Positions 39,579 through 48,596 of a stretch of DNA of 64,000 bases are shown here, piece after piece. A model generated the notes under the pieces. It did no database searches. It worked only from the letters and a program-made list of their open reading frames with translations, and was not told where the DNA came from. This stretch comes from an uncultured Campylobacteraceae bacterium (lineage in GTDB: Bacteria; Campylobacterota; Campylobacteria; Campylobacterales; JALSKU01), in contig CAZKWE010000029.1 of NCBI GenBank assembly GCA_964556545.1, positions 2,829 to 66,828 on the forward strand, written 5' to 3'. Position numbers and translations under genes: made by a program. The first letter of the stretch is position 1, and each line of letters starts with the position of its first letter.

Positions 39579-40283
39579 TTATTTTATATCCATTAGTTCA
39601 AGTACATCAAGATGTACTGACGGACTCATTGTTAATGACAAAGCGGCATTTTTTATATATCTTCCTTTTGAAGCTGCCGGCTTGTGTTTGTTTATGGCTT
39701 GGATAAAAGTTGTTAAATTTTCATTGATTTGCTCTTTTGAAAAACTTACTTTACCTATTCCGGCATGAATATTTCCCTGTTTGTCAACTCTGAAATTAAC
39801 CTGACCGCCTTTAGCATTTTTAACTGCTTGGGCTACATCCATGGTAACTGTACCGGTTTTCGGATTGGGCATAAGACCTTTTGGTCCCAATGTTCTACCA
39901 ACTTTTCCAACCAAACCCATCATATTTGGTGTTGCAATCAAAACATCAAAATCTATCTTGCCTGCTTGTATATCTTCAATCAATTCTTCAGCACCTACCA
40001 AATCAGCTCCGGCCTCATTTGCTTCGTCTGCTTTTGCATCTTTGGCAACAACGGCAACTCTGACTTTTTTGCCCGTACCCGCAGGAAGAACTACCGATCC
40101 TCTTACCATTTGGTCGGCATGTCTGGGATCAACATTAAGTTTTAATGCAATTTCTACTGTTTCATCAAATTTTGTTGAAGCCAGATTTTTAACTACTTCT
40201 ACAGCCTCATCTTTTTGATAAACACTATTTTTGTCAAATTTTTTATTTAATTCTTGAAATCTTTTTGAAATCTTTTTTGCCAT
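39579..40283 (-). CDS. rplA: 50S ribosomal protein L1
   Basis: 234 aa. [22 protein letters not shown] and [15 protein letters not shown]. Confidence 0.97.
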   Translation of the reverse strand: MAKKISKRFQELNKKFDKNSVYQKDEAVEVVKNLASTKFDETVEIALKLNVDPRHADQMVRGSVVLPAGTGKKVRVAVVAKDAKADEANEAGADLVGAEELIEDIQAGKIDFDVLIATPNMMGLVGKVGRTLGPKGLMPNPKTGTVTMDVAQAVKNAKGGQVNFRVDKQGNIHAGIGKVSFSKEQINENLTTFIQAINKHKPAASKGRYIKNAALSLTMSPSVHLDVLELMDIK

Positions 40284-40336
40284 TATATTCTCCGCATTTT
40301 TTTTGCTACCACATTATCCCAAGTGGTTGGGGATTT

Positions 40337-40762
40337 TTACTCAACTATCTCTATGCCCATGCTTCTTGCACTGCCTTCAATGATTTTTGAAGCAGCAGCT
40401 ACATCTTTTGTGTTGAGATCAGCTATTTTTTTAGCAACGATATCTTCAACTTGAGCACGAGTTAACTTGCCAACTTTATTTTTTAAAGGATTATCACTCC
40501 CCTTTTTTATATTGGCAGCTTTTTTTATAAGATCTGAAGCCGGGGGTTGTTTGGTAATAAATGTAAAACTTCTATCGGCATAAACAGTGATAACCACAGG
40601 TATTTTAAAACCCATCATATCTTTTGTTTTTTCATTAAAAGCTTTACAAAACTCCATAATATTTACACCTTGCTGACCCAGTGCAGGACCTACCGGTGGT
40701 GAAGGATTTGCTTTTCCGGCTTCTATTTGAAGCTTTATTTCGCCAGTTACTTTTTTAGCCAT
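40337..40762 (-). CDS. rplK: 50S ribosomal protein L11
   Basis: [34 protein letters not shown]. Confidence 0.97.
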   Translation of the reverse strand: MAKKVTGEIKLQIEAGKANPSPPVGPALGQQGVNIMEFCKAFNEKTKDMMGFKIPVVITVYADRSFTFITKQPPASDLIKKAANIKKGSDNPLKNKVGKLTRAQVEDIVAKKIADLNTKDVAAASKIIEGSARSMGIEIVE

Positions 40763-40951
40763 TTCTTTCCTTTATCTAATTTTTATATTTTTACCTTAAA
40801 CAGTAAAAACATATATTTGCTTTACTCTGTTTTATACGATCAACATAATGCTATATGTTTGATATCATATTGCAAACAAAATCTACGACTTTGAAACAAT
40901 ATATGATATTTTATTTATAGAATCAAAACAAGCTATTGCTATTTTCAAATT

Positions 40952-41482
40952 CTATACTATCTTTTCTACCTGAGAATACAAAATCTCAACCGGTGTACTT
41001 CTTCCAAAAATGGAAACATTTAATTTTAATTTTCCATGCTCCATATCATACTCTTCCACTACACCTATAAAGTTTGCAAAAGGTCCTTCGATAATTCTAA
41101 CATTCTCACCTTCATCAAAAGATACTTTTGGTCTTGGTTCACCTTTTTTATTGGCTTTTTCAAGTATCAATTCTATATCTTTATCGCTTAAAGGTGTAGG
41201 TTTTTTAGATTCACCGATAAATCTGCTTACTCTTGGCAGTGACTGTATTTTTTGCCAAAAATTCGTATCAAGATCTATTTGGGCAAAAACATATCCGGAA
41301 TAAAGACTTCTCTCGCTTATTTTCTTTTTGCCGTTTTTTATCTCGATGACATCTTCAGTAGGCACTATAACTTCACCTAATTTATCTTCAATACCATACT
41401 GCTGTGCCAAATTTTTTATAGCCTCTTTAACACTTTGTTCACTACCTGCATAAGTCTGTATAGCATACCATTTTAATGACAT
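40952..41482 (-). CDS. nusG: Transcription termination/antitermination factor NusG
   Basis: WYAIQTYAGSE NGN start and a KOW motif (VRIIEGPFANFIGVVEE). Confidence 0.95.
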   Translation of the reverse strand: MSLKWYAIQTYAGSEQSVKEAIKNLAQQYGIEDKLGEVIVPTEDVIEIKNGKKKISERSLYSGYVFAQIDLDTNFWQKIQSLPRVSRFIGESKKPTPLSDKDIELILEKANKKGEPRPKVSFDEGENVRIIEGPFANFIGVVEEYDMEHGKLKLNVSIFGRSTPVEILYSQVEKIV

Positions 41483-41495
41483 ATTTCTACCTAAC

Positions 41496-41675
41496 CTATG
41501 CTATATGTGATAATGTAAATGACATAATCAAATCAATAAGTGCTAAAAATATAGCTACTACAGTTACGACTACCACAACAGATACAAAAGCATTTCTTAC
41601 CTGTTCCTTAGTTGGGAATATAACTTTTGTCAATTCTGCTCTGGAATGTTTTATGTAACTCAATATTTTATCCAT
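41496..41675 (-). CDS. secE: Preprotein translocase subunit SecE (59 aa, below the ORF-track cutoff)
   Basis: Hand translation: MDKILSYIKHSRAELTKVIFPTKEQVRNAFVSVVVVVTVVAIFLALIDLIMSFTLSHIA. Single TM helix, conserved position between tRNA-Trp and nusG. The plus-strand track ORF 41476..41658 is its antisense shadow. Confidence 0.85.
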   Translation of the reverse strand: MDKILSYIKHSRAELTKVIFPTKEQVRNAFVSVVVVVTVVAIFLALIDLIMSFTLSHIA

Positions 41676-41691
41676 ATATATATCCTTGTAA

Positions 41692-41768
41692 TGGCAGGGC
41701 AGGAGGGACTCGAACCCCCAGCCATCGGATTTGGAATCCGGCGCTCTACCAATTGGAGCTACTGCCCT
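41692..41768 (-). tRNA. tRNA-Trp (anticodon CCA)
   Basis: Reverse complement AGGGCAGTAGCTCCAATTGGTAGAGCGCCGGATTCCAAATCCGATGGCTGGGGGTTCGAGTCCCTCCTGCCCTGCCA. Confidence 0.9.
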
Positions 41769-41787
41769 ATTTTTAGACCAATCTAAA

Positions 41788-41946
41788 CTATGATTTTAGC
41801 TTAACTTCTTTATGAAGTGTATGTTTCTTTAGTCTAGGACTATACTTTTTAACTTCAAATTTTTCAGAATGAGTTTTACTGTTTTTTGTGGTAGTATAAT
41901 TAATATCACCACTTTCTGTACATTTAAGACCTATTTTTACTCTCAT
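41788..41946 (-). CDS. rpmG: 50S ribosomal protein L33 (52 aa, below the ORF-track cutoff)
   Basis: Hand translation: [52 protein letters not shown]. Conserved tuf-rpmG-tRNA-Trp-secE order. Confidence 0.85.
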   Translation of the reverse strand: MRVKIGLKCTESGDINYTTTKNSKTHSEKFEVKKYSPRLKKHTLHKEVKLKS

Positions 41947-42011
41947 TTTGTATCCTTGTAAAAAATGAAACGAGGCAAATAATGCCTCGTTTTAGTTTTA
42001 ATTTTTTATAA

Positions 42012-43211
42012 TTAAGCTACTATTTTAGAAACAACACCGGCACCAACTGTTCTACCGCCTTCTCTGATAGCAAATCTAGTACCTTCTTCCATAGCAATTG
42101 GTGCAATCAATTCAACAGAAATTTTTACATTATCACCCGGCATAACCATTTCTGTACCTTCAGGCAATGTGATTGAACCTGTAACATCAGTAGTTCTTAC
42201 ATAAAATTGTGGTCTGTAGTTGTTGAAGAAAGGAGTATGTCTTCCACCCTCTTCTTTTGTTAAAATATAAACTTCAGCTTCAAATTTAGTATGAGGAGTG
42301 ATTGAGCCCGGCTTACAAAGTACCATACCTCTTTCAACATCTTCTTTTTTTGTTCCTCTTAAAAGTACACCGCAGTTATCACCGGCAACACCCTGATCTA
42401 ATTCTTTTCTAAACATTTCAACACCGGTTACTACTGTTTTTTGAGTTGGTTTGATACCTACTATTTCTATCTCATCGCCAACTTTTACAACACCTCTTTC
42501 TATTCTACCTGTTACAACTGTTCCTCTTCCTGATATTGAGAAAACATCTTCAACAGGCATTAAGAAATCCTTATCGGTATCTCTTTCCGGAGTAGGAATG
42601 TATTCATCAACTTCATTCATAAGTTCAATAATTTTTTCACTCCACTCGCCAAGATTTCCTGATTTTACCTCTTCAAGAGCTTTAAGAGCAGAACCGGCTA
42701 CGATAGGTGTATCGTCACCAGGAAATTGATACTCATCAAGCAATTCTCTAATTTCCATTTCGACTAATTCTAACAACTCTTCATCATCTACCATGTCAGC
42801 CTTATTCATAAAAACCACTATATAAGGTACACCGACCTGTCTTGAAAGCAAGATATGCTCTCTAGTTTGCGGCATAGGACCATCAGCTGCACTAACAACC
42901 AAAATTGCACCATCCATTTGAGCTGCACCTGTAATCATATTTTTTACATAGTCAGCGTGTCCGGGACAATCAACATGTGCATAGTGTCTTTTGTCAGTTT
43001 CATACTCAATATGAGATGTAGCGATAGTGATACCTCTTTCTCTCTCTTCAGGAGCATTATCAATTTGATCAAAATCTTTCTTTTCTGCAAGACCTTTTTC
43101 TGCCAAAACAGCTGATATAGCAGCAGTTAAAGTAGTTTTACCATGATCAACATGACCGATGGTACCTATATTTACATGTGGTTTACTTCTTTCGTATTTC
43201 TCTTTTGCCAT
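42012..43211 (-). CDS. tuf: Elongation factor Tu
   Basis: [33 protein letters not shown]. 399 aa. Confidence 0.98.
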   Translation of the reverse strand: MAKEKYERSKPHVNIGTIGHVDHGKTTLTAAISAVLAEKGLAEKKDFDQIDNAPEERERGITIATSHIEYETDKRHYAHVDCPGHADYVKNMITGAAQMDGAILVVSAADGPMPQTREHILLSRQVGVPYIVVFMNKADMVDDEELLELVEMEIRELLDEYQFPGDDTPIVAGSALKALEEVKSGNLGEWSEKIIELMNEVDEYIPTPERDTDKDFLMPVEDVFSISGRGTVVTGRIERGVVKVGDEIEIVGIKPTQKTVVTGVEMFRKELDQGVAGDNCGVLLRGTKKEDVERGMVLCKPGSITPHTKFEAEVYILTKEEGGRHTPFFNNYRPQFYVRTTDVTGSITLPEGTEMVMPGDNVKISVELIAPIAMEEGTRFAIREGGRTVGAGVVSKIVA

Positions 43212-43304
43212 CTTTTCCTCCGTGGGTAATTTTTGTTTTACTTACATCATTGGCATTGCATGCAAGTTAAAAGCTTCGGCCGAAACTTTTGTTTTTATGT
43301 GTAA

Positions 43305-43379
<75 letters not shown>

Positions 43380-43521
43380 AAACTCTCATATAACTAACTA
43401 CAAAAACAAATCAAAAAACTTAGGGGCTTATAAAAATTAAGTTGCAGAGTACTCTAATAATGTCGAAACAATTCAGTTCTTTTTATCAGTATTTCTTTGC
43501 AACAGCTCCCAGTTTTTGATA

Positions 43522-43598
43522 TGGAGCGGGAAACCGGGCTCGAACCGGCGACCCTCAGCTTGGAAGGCTGATGCTCTAGCCAACTGAGCTACTCCCGC
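43522..43598 (-). tRNA. tRNA-Gly (anticodon UCC)
   Basis: Reverse complement GCGGGAGTAGCTCAGTTGGCTAGAGCATCAGCCTTCCAAGCTGAGGGTCGCCGGTTCGAGCCCGGTTTCCCGCTCCA. Confidence 0.9.
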
Positions 43599-43608
43599 TT
43601 AATAGTAA

Positions 43609-43695
43609 TGGTGGTGAGAGGAGGATTCGAACCTCCGAAGGTAAAAACCAGCAGATTTACAGTCTGCCCTCGTTGGCCGCTTGAGTATCTCACCC
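43609..43695 (-). tRNA. tRNA-Tyr (anticodon GUA), long variable arm
   Basis: Reverse complement GGGTGAGATACTCAAGCGGCCAACGAGGGCAGACTGTAAATCTGC...GGAGGTTCGAATCCTCCTCTCACCACCA. Confidence 0.9.
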
Positions 43696-43751
43696 TAATG
43701 CCATTTTTACTATATTATATCTGGTCAAACACTGTCTCAAATCTTTAAGAA

Positions 43752-43827
<76 letters not shown>

Positions 43828-43848
43828 ACCTCTTAAAAATGAGGTGAA

Positions 43849-43877
43849 ATTATACTTTATATTCGATAAAAAGTCAA
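43849..43877 (-). promoter_or_regulatory. Near-consensus sigma-70 promoter for the tRNA(Thr-Tyr-Gly-Thr)-tuf operon
   Basis: Minus strand TTGACT-17 nt-TATAAT, about 20 nt upstream of the tRNA-Thr(UGU) 5' end. Confidence 0.7.
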
Positions 43878-43970
43878 TAGATATTAACATTTTTGAAAAT
43901 TTTTTTGAAAATATGTAGAAAAAAGGTAAAAATTTAGATTTTATCTGTCATTTTTTTAATCCAAATTATA

Positions 43971-43979
43971 TGATATAAT
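43971..43979 (+). promoter_or_regulatory. Extended -10 promoter (TGATATAAT) for the yaaA-like gene
   Basis: TGnTATAAT about 27 nt upstream of the ATG at 44006. Confidence 0.5.
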
Positions 43980-44005
43980 TGCTTTTTTGTTTTGGAAGGA
44001 GTTGT

Positions 44006-44746
44006 ATGATTATATTATTTTCCCCAAGTGAAGCCAAAAGTGAAGATGGTATATATTCTCATTTTAACAAAAACTCTTTTTTATTTCCCACTCTTTATGA
44101 TAAAAGACTTGTTGCATTAAAAACATATCAGAATTATTTGAAAATTGCCACCAAAAACCAATTGTCAAAATTATGCGGTATCAAGCAAACAGACACCCTT
44201 GATAAATTAAAAAGATTGGATATATTTGCCAATAAAACCAAAAAAGCTATCAACAGATATACAGGTGTAGGATATGAGTATCTCCAATACAATACACTTG
44301 ATAAAGAATCCCAAAATTTTATAGAAAATCATATGATTATTTTTTCCAATCTTTTCGGACCGATTATGGCAAAAGATCATATACCGTTTTATAAACTGAA
44401 ACAAAGTGAAAAAATAGATAATTTTTCTTTTGAGAATCACTATAAAGAAAGTTTTTCTAATCAGCTTGATATTTTTTTGGCAAATAGATTTATTGTGGAC
44501 TTAAGAGCAGGTTTTTACAACAAAATATATAAGCCAAACAAAAATTATCTTACCTTTAAATTTTTAAAAAACGAAAAAGTACTCAGCCATTGGGCAAAAG
44601 CATACAGAGGTATTTTGGCACGAGAGATTGCTTTAAAAAAACCGTCAAACGAAAAAGAATTTTTAGATATTGAATTTCCGAATCTTAAGATAAGAGAGAT
44701 AAAAAAAATTGGTAAAAGAAAAGAATTTATATTTGACATCATCTAA
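44006..44746 (+). CDS. yaaA: YaaA family (UPF0246/DUF328) peroxide-stress protein
   Basis: Track ORF from TTG 43979. I prefer ATG 44006 after GGAAGGAG (MIILFSPSEAK). NRYTGVGY and SHWAKAYRGILAREI motifs. Confidence 0.75.
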   Translation: MIILFSPSEAKSEDGIYSHFNKNSFLFPTLYDKRLVALKTYQNYLKIATKNQLSKLCGIKQTDTLDKLKRLDIFANKTKKAINRYTGVGYEYLQYNTLDKESQNFIENHMIIFSNLFGPIMAKDHIPFYKLKQSEKIDNFSFENHYKESFSNQLDIFLANRFIVDLRAGFYNKIYKPNKNYLTFKFLKNEKVLSHWAKAYRGILAREIALKKPSNEKEFLDIEFPNLKIREIKKIGKRKEFIFDII

Positions 44747-44747
44747 T

Positions 44748-45068
44748 TTGTTTAAATCCAATCTGCTTGATGATATTGTTCCAAGCAAAGAGAGAGAAAT
44801 TTTTGAAACTATTTTTAAAGATCAAAAAATAAAAATAGAAAGAATTGTATCCTGCGGACAAAGTTCACCTGTGGATTTTTGGTATGACCAGGATGAAAAT
44901 GAATTTGTCCTGCTATTAGAAGGAGAAGCAAAGATAGAGTTTGAAAAAGATATTCACTTTTTAAGAAAGGGAGATTGTATGCTGATTCCCGCTCATGCAA
45001 AACATAGAGTTGCATTTACGGCGACAGATAAAACCACTGTTTGGCTGGCAATATTTTGGAAAGGGTAA
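44748..45068 (+). CDS. Small cupin-domain protein
   Basis: Track ORF from 44709 overlaps the yaaA end. TTG 44748 just after the yaaA stop is the likelier start (uncertain). IERIVSCGQSSPVDFWYDQDENEFVLLLEGEA ... IPAHAKHRV is a cupin_2 pattern. Confidence 0.65.
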   Translation: MFKSNLLDDIVPSKEREIFETIFKDQKIKIERIVSCGQSSPVDFWYDQDENEFVLLLEGEAKIEFEKDIHFLRKGDCMLIPAHAKHRVAFTATDKTTVWLAIFWKG

Positions 45069-45071
45069 ATT

Positions 45072-45707
45072 ATGGATAAAAGTTTTAAAGAAGCTATGAA
45101 TTTCAGACATGCTTGCAAATTGTTTGACAAAAACAAAAAGATAACCAAAGAGGATATGCTGTTTATACTTGAAGCAGGTAGAAATTCTCCCTCTTCTTTT
45201 GGTCAGGAAGGATGGAAATTTTTAATTATAACCGATGATGAATTAAAATCAAAAATTCAACCATACTGCTGGAATCAACCTCAAATCACAACATGTTCTC
45301 ATCTTGTTATTATATTGGCGGCCATTGAAGCACTAAAACCCCAAAGCGGTACACCTCAAAAAAGATTTCAAAGAAGAGACTTGCCGAAAGAAAAAATTGA
45401 TATGTATATAAAAGTTTATGAAAGTCATTTGACAAAAAATAAAATACTCAGTAATGATAAAAATATATATGAGTGGAGTTCCAAACAGTGCTACATAGCT
45501 GCAGCCAATATGATGACTGCTGCGGCAGTCAAGGGAATTGACTCATGTCCGATAGAAGGAATGGAAAAAGAAAATGTTGAAAAACTTCTTGGGCTTGACA
45601 CTACAAAATTTCAAATAGCCTTGGTTCTTCCTTTTGGCTACAGAGCAAAACCTCAACCGGCAAGAATAAGGCTAAATCCCAAAGAAGTATATGAGTTTAT
45701 AGATTGA
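45072..45707 (+). CDS. NAD(P)H-dependent nitroreductase family oxidoreductase
   Basis: RHACKLFD, GRNSPSSFGQEGWKF, IDSCPIEG motifs. 211 aa. The stop codon lies inside the inferred IS terminus (see findings). Confidence 0.8.
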   Translation: MDKSFKEAMNFRHACKLFDKNKKITKEDMLFILEAGRNSPSSFGQEGWKFLIITDDELKSKIQPYCWNQPQITTCSHLVIILAAIEALKPQSGTPQKRFQRRDLPKEKIDMYIKVYESHLTKNKILSNDKNIYEWSSKQCYIAAANMMTAAAVKGIDSCPIEGMEKENVEKLLGLDTTKFQIALVLPFGYRAKPQPARIRLNPKEVYEFID

Positions 45708-45860
45708 CATACTCCTCACGCCTAAAGGCGGGGGATTCTGGCTTTAGAACAAGACTTGCCTGACTTATGCAGGTCTTACAGTCTCTATGCCAAGAGTTGA
45801 TGCCCCAGCTCTACAGATGTTTATGGCAGCATTTAAATCTCTTAAATGTTTTGTTTTACA
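45688..45860 (-). ncRNA. Predicted TnpB omega/reRNA (scaffold from the tnpB 3' end plus right end, with a ~16-nt guide read out of the flank)
   Basis: Placed by analogy with characterised IS200/IS605 TnpB systems. Only the IP_R hairpin and element end are actually seen. The 5' boundary is a guess. Confidence 0.3.
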
Positions 45861-46865
45861 TTCAGGACACTGCCACTCTCTTATTTTTAAATCTAACTCA
45901 TCTAAAACATATCCACATTTAGAGCAGGTTTTAGACGATGGATAGAATCTATCTATCTTGATTAGATTTGTTTTATACTCTAAGATATTTACAAACTCAC
46001 TAAATGCTAAATCAGATATTTTTCTGCCCCATAATCTTTGCATAGCTTTCATATTTAAATCTTCTATGAAAATGTTATCATAAGTTTTAGCTAAATCATT
46101 TGAGAGTTTATGGAAATAATCTCTTCTTGTGTTAGCTACTTTAATATGCAGTTTTGCTAATCTTCTTTTAGCTAATTTAAAGTTATTAGAGTTTTTTTGT
46201 TTTTTGGAGAGTCTCTTTTGGAGTCTCTTTAACTCTTTTAAGTGTTTAAGATAATATCTTGGAGATTCTATTTCTGTATTATCAGATAGAGTCAAAAATG
46301 TTTTAAGACCAAAATCTATACCCACGATTTTACCCGATGTAGTATTCCTCTTGTTCTCATCTTGCTCTAACGATATACAGATATAGAAATCTCCGATATT
46401 ATCTCTCTTAACGGTTATAGTCTTTATCTTACCTACAATTGTATGAGATAGCCAAAACTTATATTTATGACCGTTAAGATAGATAACATTACCATCTATT
46501 TTGTACCCTGCTTGCTTAAGAGTGAATGACTTATATTTTTTTACTTTTTTAAAAGATGGTGGAGATGATTTAATACCTTGTTTTTGATTACGAAAAAAAA
46601 GCTTATATGCTTTATCTATTCTATCTGTTATATCTTGGATTGCTTGAGATGGTACAATTTTGTAATATTCATATTTTGGAAGTTTTTTGAGTTTAGTTAG
46701 ATGCTTTTGGAGTTGATATTTATTTAGACTTTTTCCAAAGAGTCTATAATATCTCTTATGCAATGCTATACAATGGTTATAGATTATTCCTGCAATATCA
46801 AGTGTTCTATCAAGATGCTTTAATCTTTTTGTGTTGTAGAGTTTATATTTGTAGGTTCTAATCAT
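45765..46865 (-). CDS. tnpB: TnpB (IS605 OrfB) RNA-guided endonuclease
   Basis: Track ORF 45765..46892 (GTG). The ATG giving MIRTYKYKLY overlaps the tnpA stop (ATGA) and is the likelier start. RuvC residues in GIDFGLK, IFIEDLN, RDLNAAINI. Zn finger CSKCG ... CPECK. Confidence 0.9.
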   Translation of the reverse strand: MIRTYKYKLYNTKRLKHLDRTLDIAGIIYNHCIALHKRYYRLFGKSLNKYQLQKHLTKLKKLPKYEYYKIVPSQAIQDITDRIDKAYKLFFRNQKQGIKSSPPSFKKVKKYKSFTLKQAGYKIDGNVIYLNGHKYKFWLSHTIVGKIKTITVKRDNIGDFYICISLEQDENKRNTTSGKIVGIDFGLKTFLTLSDNTEIESPRYYLKHLKELKRLQKRLSKKQKNSNNFKLAKRRLAKLHIKVANTRRDYFHKLSNDLAKTYDNIFIEDLNMKAMQRLWGRKISDLAFSEFVNILEYKTNLIKIDRFYPSSKTCSKCGYVLDELDLKIREWQCPECKTKHLRDLNAAINICRAGASTLGIETVRPA

Positions 46866-47317
46866 CTGATACTCTTTAGATAGTTTTGCCACTTTAATTT
46901 CTCTTTTGGTCTTTGACTTGTTTGTTGATTTTCTATATACTGCTTTATTACTTCAAGCGGTGCACCACCTATTGTAGAGATAAAATAGCTATTTGTCCAA
47001 AGTGTAGGTAGTTTAGTTTTTAAATGCGGAAACTCTTCTCTTAAAGCTCTTGCACTTCTACCTTTTGCAAGTTTTATAAATCTATTTACTCCAAATTGCG
47101 GATCAACTTCACAAAGAATATGAATATGGTCTTTATCAGTCTCCATCTCTATTATCTCTGCATTTACTTCATTTGCAACTTCTTGTATTATCTCTTTTAG
47201 TCTTTTTTCTACATCGCCAACTAATACTTTTCTACGATATTTAGGACACCAGACTATGTGATATTTACAAGAATAGACAACATTTCTATTTGATTTATAT
47301 TTTACTGTATCTTTCAT
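46862..47317 (-). CDS. tnpA: IS200/IS605 family Y1 (HUH) transposase TnpA
   Basis: Track ORF to 47353 (TTG). ATG at 47317 gives MKDTVKYKSNRNVVYSCKYHIVWCPKYRRKVL. HUH motif DKDHIHIL and catalytic Tyr in LWTNSYFISTIGG. Confidence 0.9.
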   Translation of the reverse strand: MKDTVKYKSNRNVVYSCKYHIVWCPKYRRKVLVGDVEKRLKEIIQEVANEVNAEIIEMETDKDHIHILCEVDPQFGVNRFIKLAKGRSARALREEFPHLKTKLPTLWTNSYFISTIGGAPLEVIKQYIENQQTSQRPKEKLKWQNYLKSIR

Positions 47318-47658
47318 ACAAAGTATTATAATATAATTTGAAATATAATACAAGTATTATTAGAAAGTTCTCAAGGAAGATTTACTCTCTATTGAACTTT
47401 CTATTGTCTTATATCCCTACGACTAAAGCCGAGGGCTTTACGGCAAGGTTTGGTAAATAATAAATTTTATACCGACTTTTTATTTTGTCTTGTATAAAAG
47501 AAATTTTCAACTTTTTCAATCTGTCTTAATCAGCTCCAATCTAACGAAATAATCATGCCATTGCTTTATGCTTTTTGATTAAGTGTTTATTGGTTATATA
47601 CAATTCTAAGCAGTAATATAATATAATATTCCAATTTTATTTTACAAGGGATATAACA

Positions 47659-48588
47659 ATGAGAGGATATAAAGTCTTTTCGGGTACTGCCAATGAAGAG
47701 TTTGCAAAAAAAGTTGCTAAACATTTAACTTTGCCTTTAAGTGATGCAACCATAAGAAGATTTAGTGATGGGGAGATAGGAGTTCAAATAAGTGAAAGCG
47801 TAAGAGGAAAAGATGTTTTTATAGTTCAACCTACATGTGCACCGGCAAACGATACACTTATGGAAATACTTATAATGACTGATGCCTTAAGAAGAAGTTC
47901 TGCTAACTCCATTACCGCAATAATGCCTTATTTCGGATATGCAAGACAGGATAGAAAAGCAGCTCCGAGAGTTCCCATAACTGCAAAACTTGTTGCCAAT
48001 CTTTTGCAGACTGCAGGTATTGATAGAGTAGTTACCATAGACTTGCATGCCGGACAAATTCAAGGATTTTTCGATATCCCCGTAGATAACCTGTATGGAA
48101 ATATTATATTTTTAGACTATGTAAAAAGAAAAAATCTTAAAAATCCTGTTATTGCAAGTCCCGATATAGGTGGGGTTGCCAGAGCCAGGGCATTTGCCAA
48201 AAAACTTAATGTTGATATGGTTATTGTTGATAAAAGAAGAGAGAAGGCAAATGAATGCGAAATAATGAATATCATAGGTGATGTAACGGGAAAAGATGTT
48301 ATACTTGTTGATGATATGATTGATACTGCAGGAACTATAACAAAAGCGGCTTCAGTTCTAAAAGACAAAGGTGCTACAAGTGTTATGGCATGCTGTACAC
48401 ATGCGGTTTTAAGCGGACCTGCCTATGAAAGACTCAACTTAAGCGACTTGGATGAACTTATAGTTTCAGATACTATTCCTCTTAGTGCCGAGAATGATAA
48501 AATAACGGTCCTAAGTGTAGCTCCTCTTTTTGCGGAAGTTATAAGAAGAGTATATCACAATGAAAGTGTAAACGGACTTTTTGTTTAA
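47659..48588 (+). CDS. prs: Ribose-phosphate pyrophosphokinase
   Basis: [30 protein letters not shown]. Confidence 0.95.
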   Translation: MRGYKVFSGTANEEFAKKVAKHLTLPLSDATIRRFSDGEIGVQISESVRGKDVFIVQPTCAPANDTLMEILIMTDALRRSSANSITAIMPYFGYARQDRKAAPRVPITAKLVANLLQTAGIDRVVTIDLHAGQIQGFFDIPVDNLYGNIIFLDYVKRKNLKNPVIASPDIGGVARARAFAKKLNVDMVIVDKRREKANECEIMNIIGDVTGKDVILVDDMIDTAGTITKAASVLKDKGATSVMACCTHAVLSGPAYERLNLSDLDELIVSDTIPLSAENDKITVLSVAPLFAEVIRRVYHNESVNGLFV

Positions 48589-48596
48589 GGTAATAA

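Larger units (their letters stand above)
45704..47452 (-). mobile_element. IS200/IS605-family insertion sequence, IS608-like (tnpA + tnpB), apparently complete
   Basis: Y1 transposase and TnpB genes. Related imperfect subterminal palindromes with a bulged T at both ends (IP_L 47415..47435, top strand CCCTCGGCTTTAGTCGTAGGG; IP_R 45714..45734, top strand CCCCCGCCTTTAGGCGTGAGG). TTAC (47456..47453, top strand) immediately outside the left end. TCAA (45707..45704) as the last four nt of the right end. Exact ends are inferred from the IS608 paradigm. Confidence 0.75.

Noticed and set aside
41476-41658. 60-aa plus-strand ORF (MTYFYLTYAICDNV...).
   Set aside because: It is the antisense shadow of secE (41496..41675, minus), which has the expected sequence, length and position.
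46800-47281. When hand-translating the printed sequence I obtained an apparent +1 base at the 46800/46801 line break (inside tnpB) and a -1 base at the 47280/47281 line break (inside tnpA). Both would frameshift the genes.
   Set aside because: The supplied ORF track reads through both positions as intact 375-aa and 163-aa ORFs. The two offsets cancel exactly, and both fall on line boundaries, so they are most likely my counting or reading error. I therefore call both genes intact. Re-translating 46780..46820 and 47260..47300 computationally would settle it.
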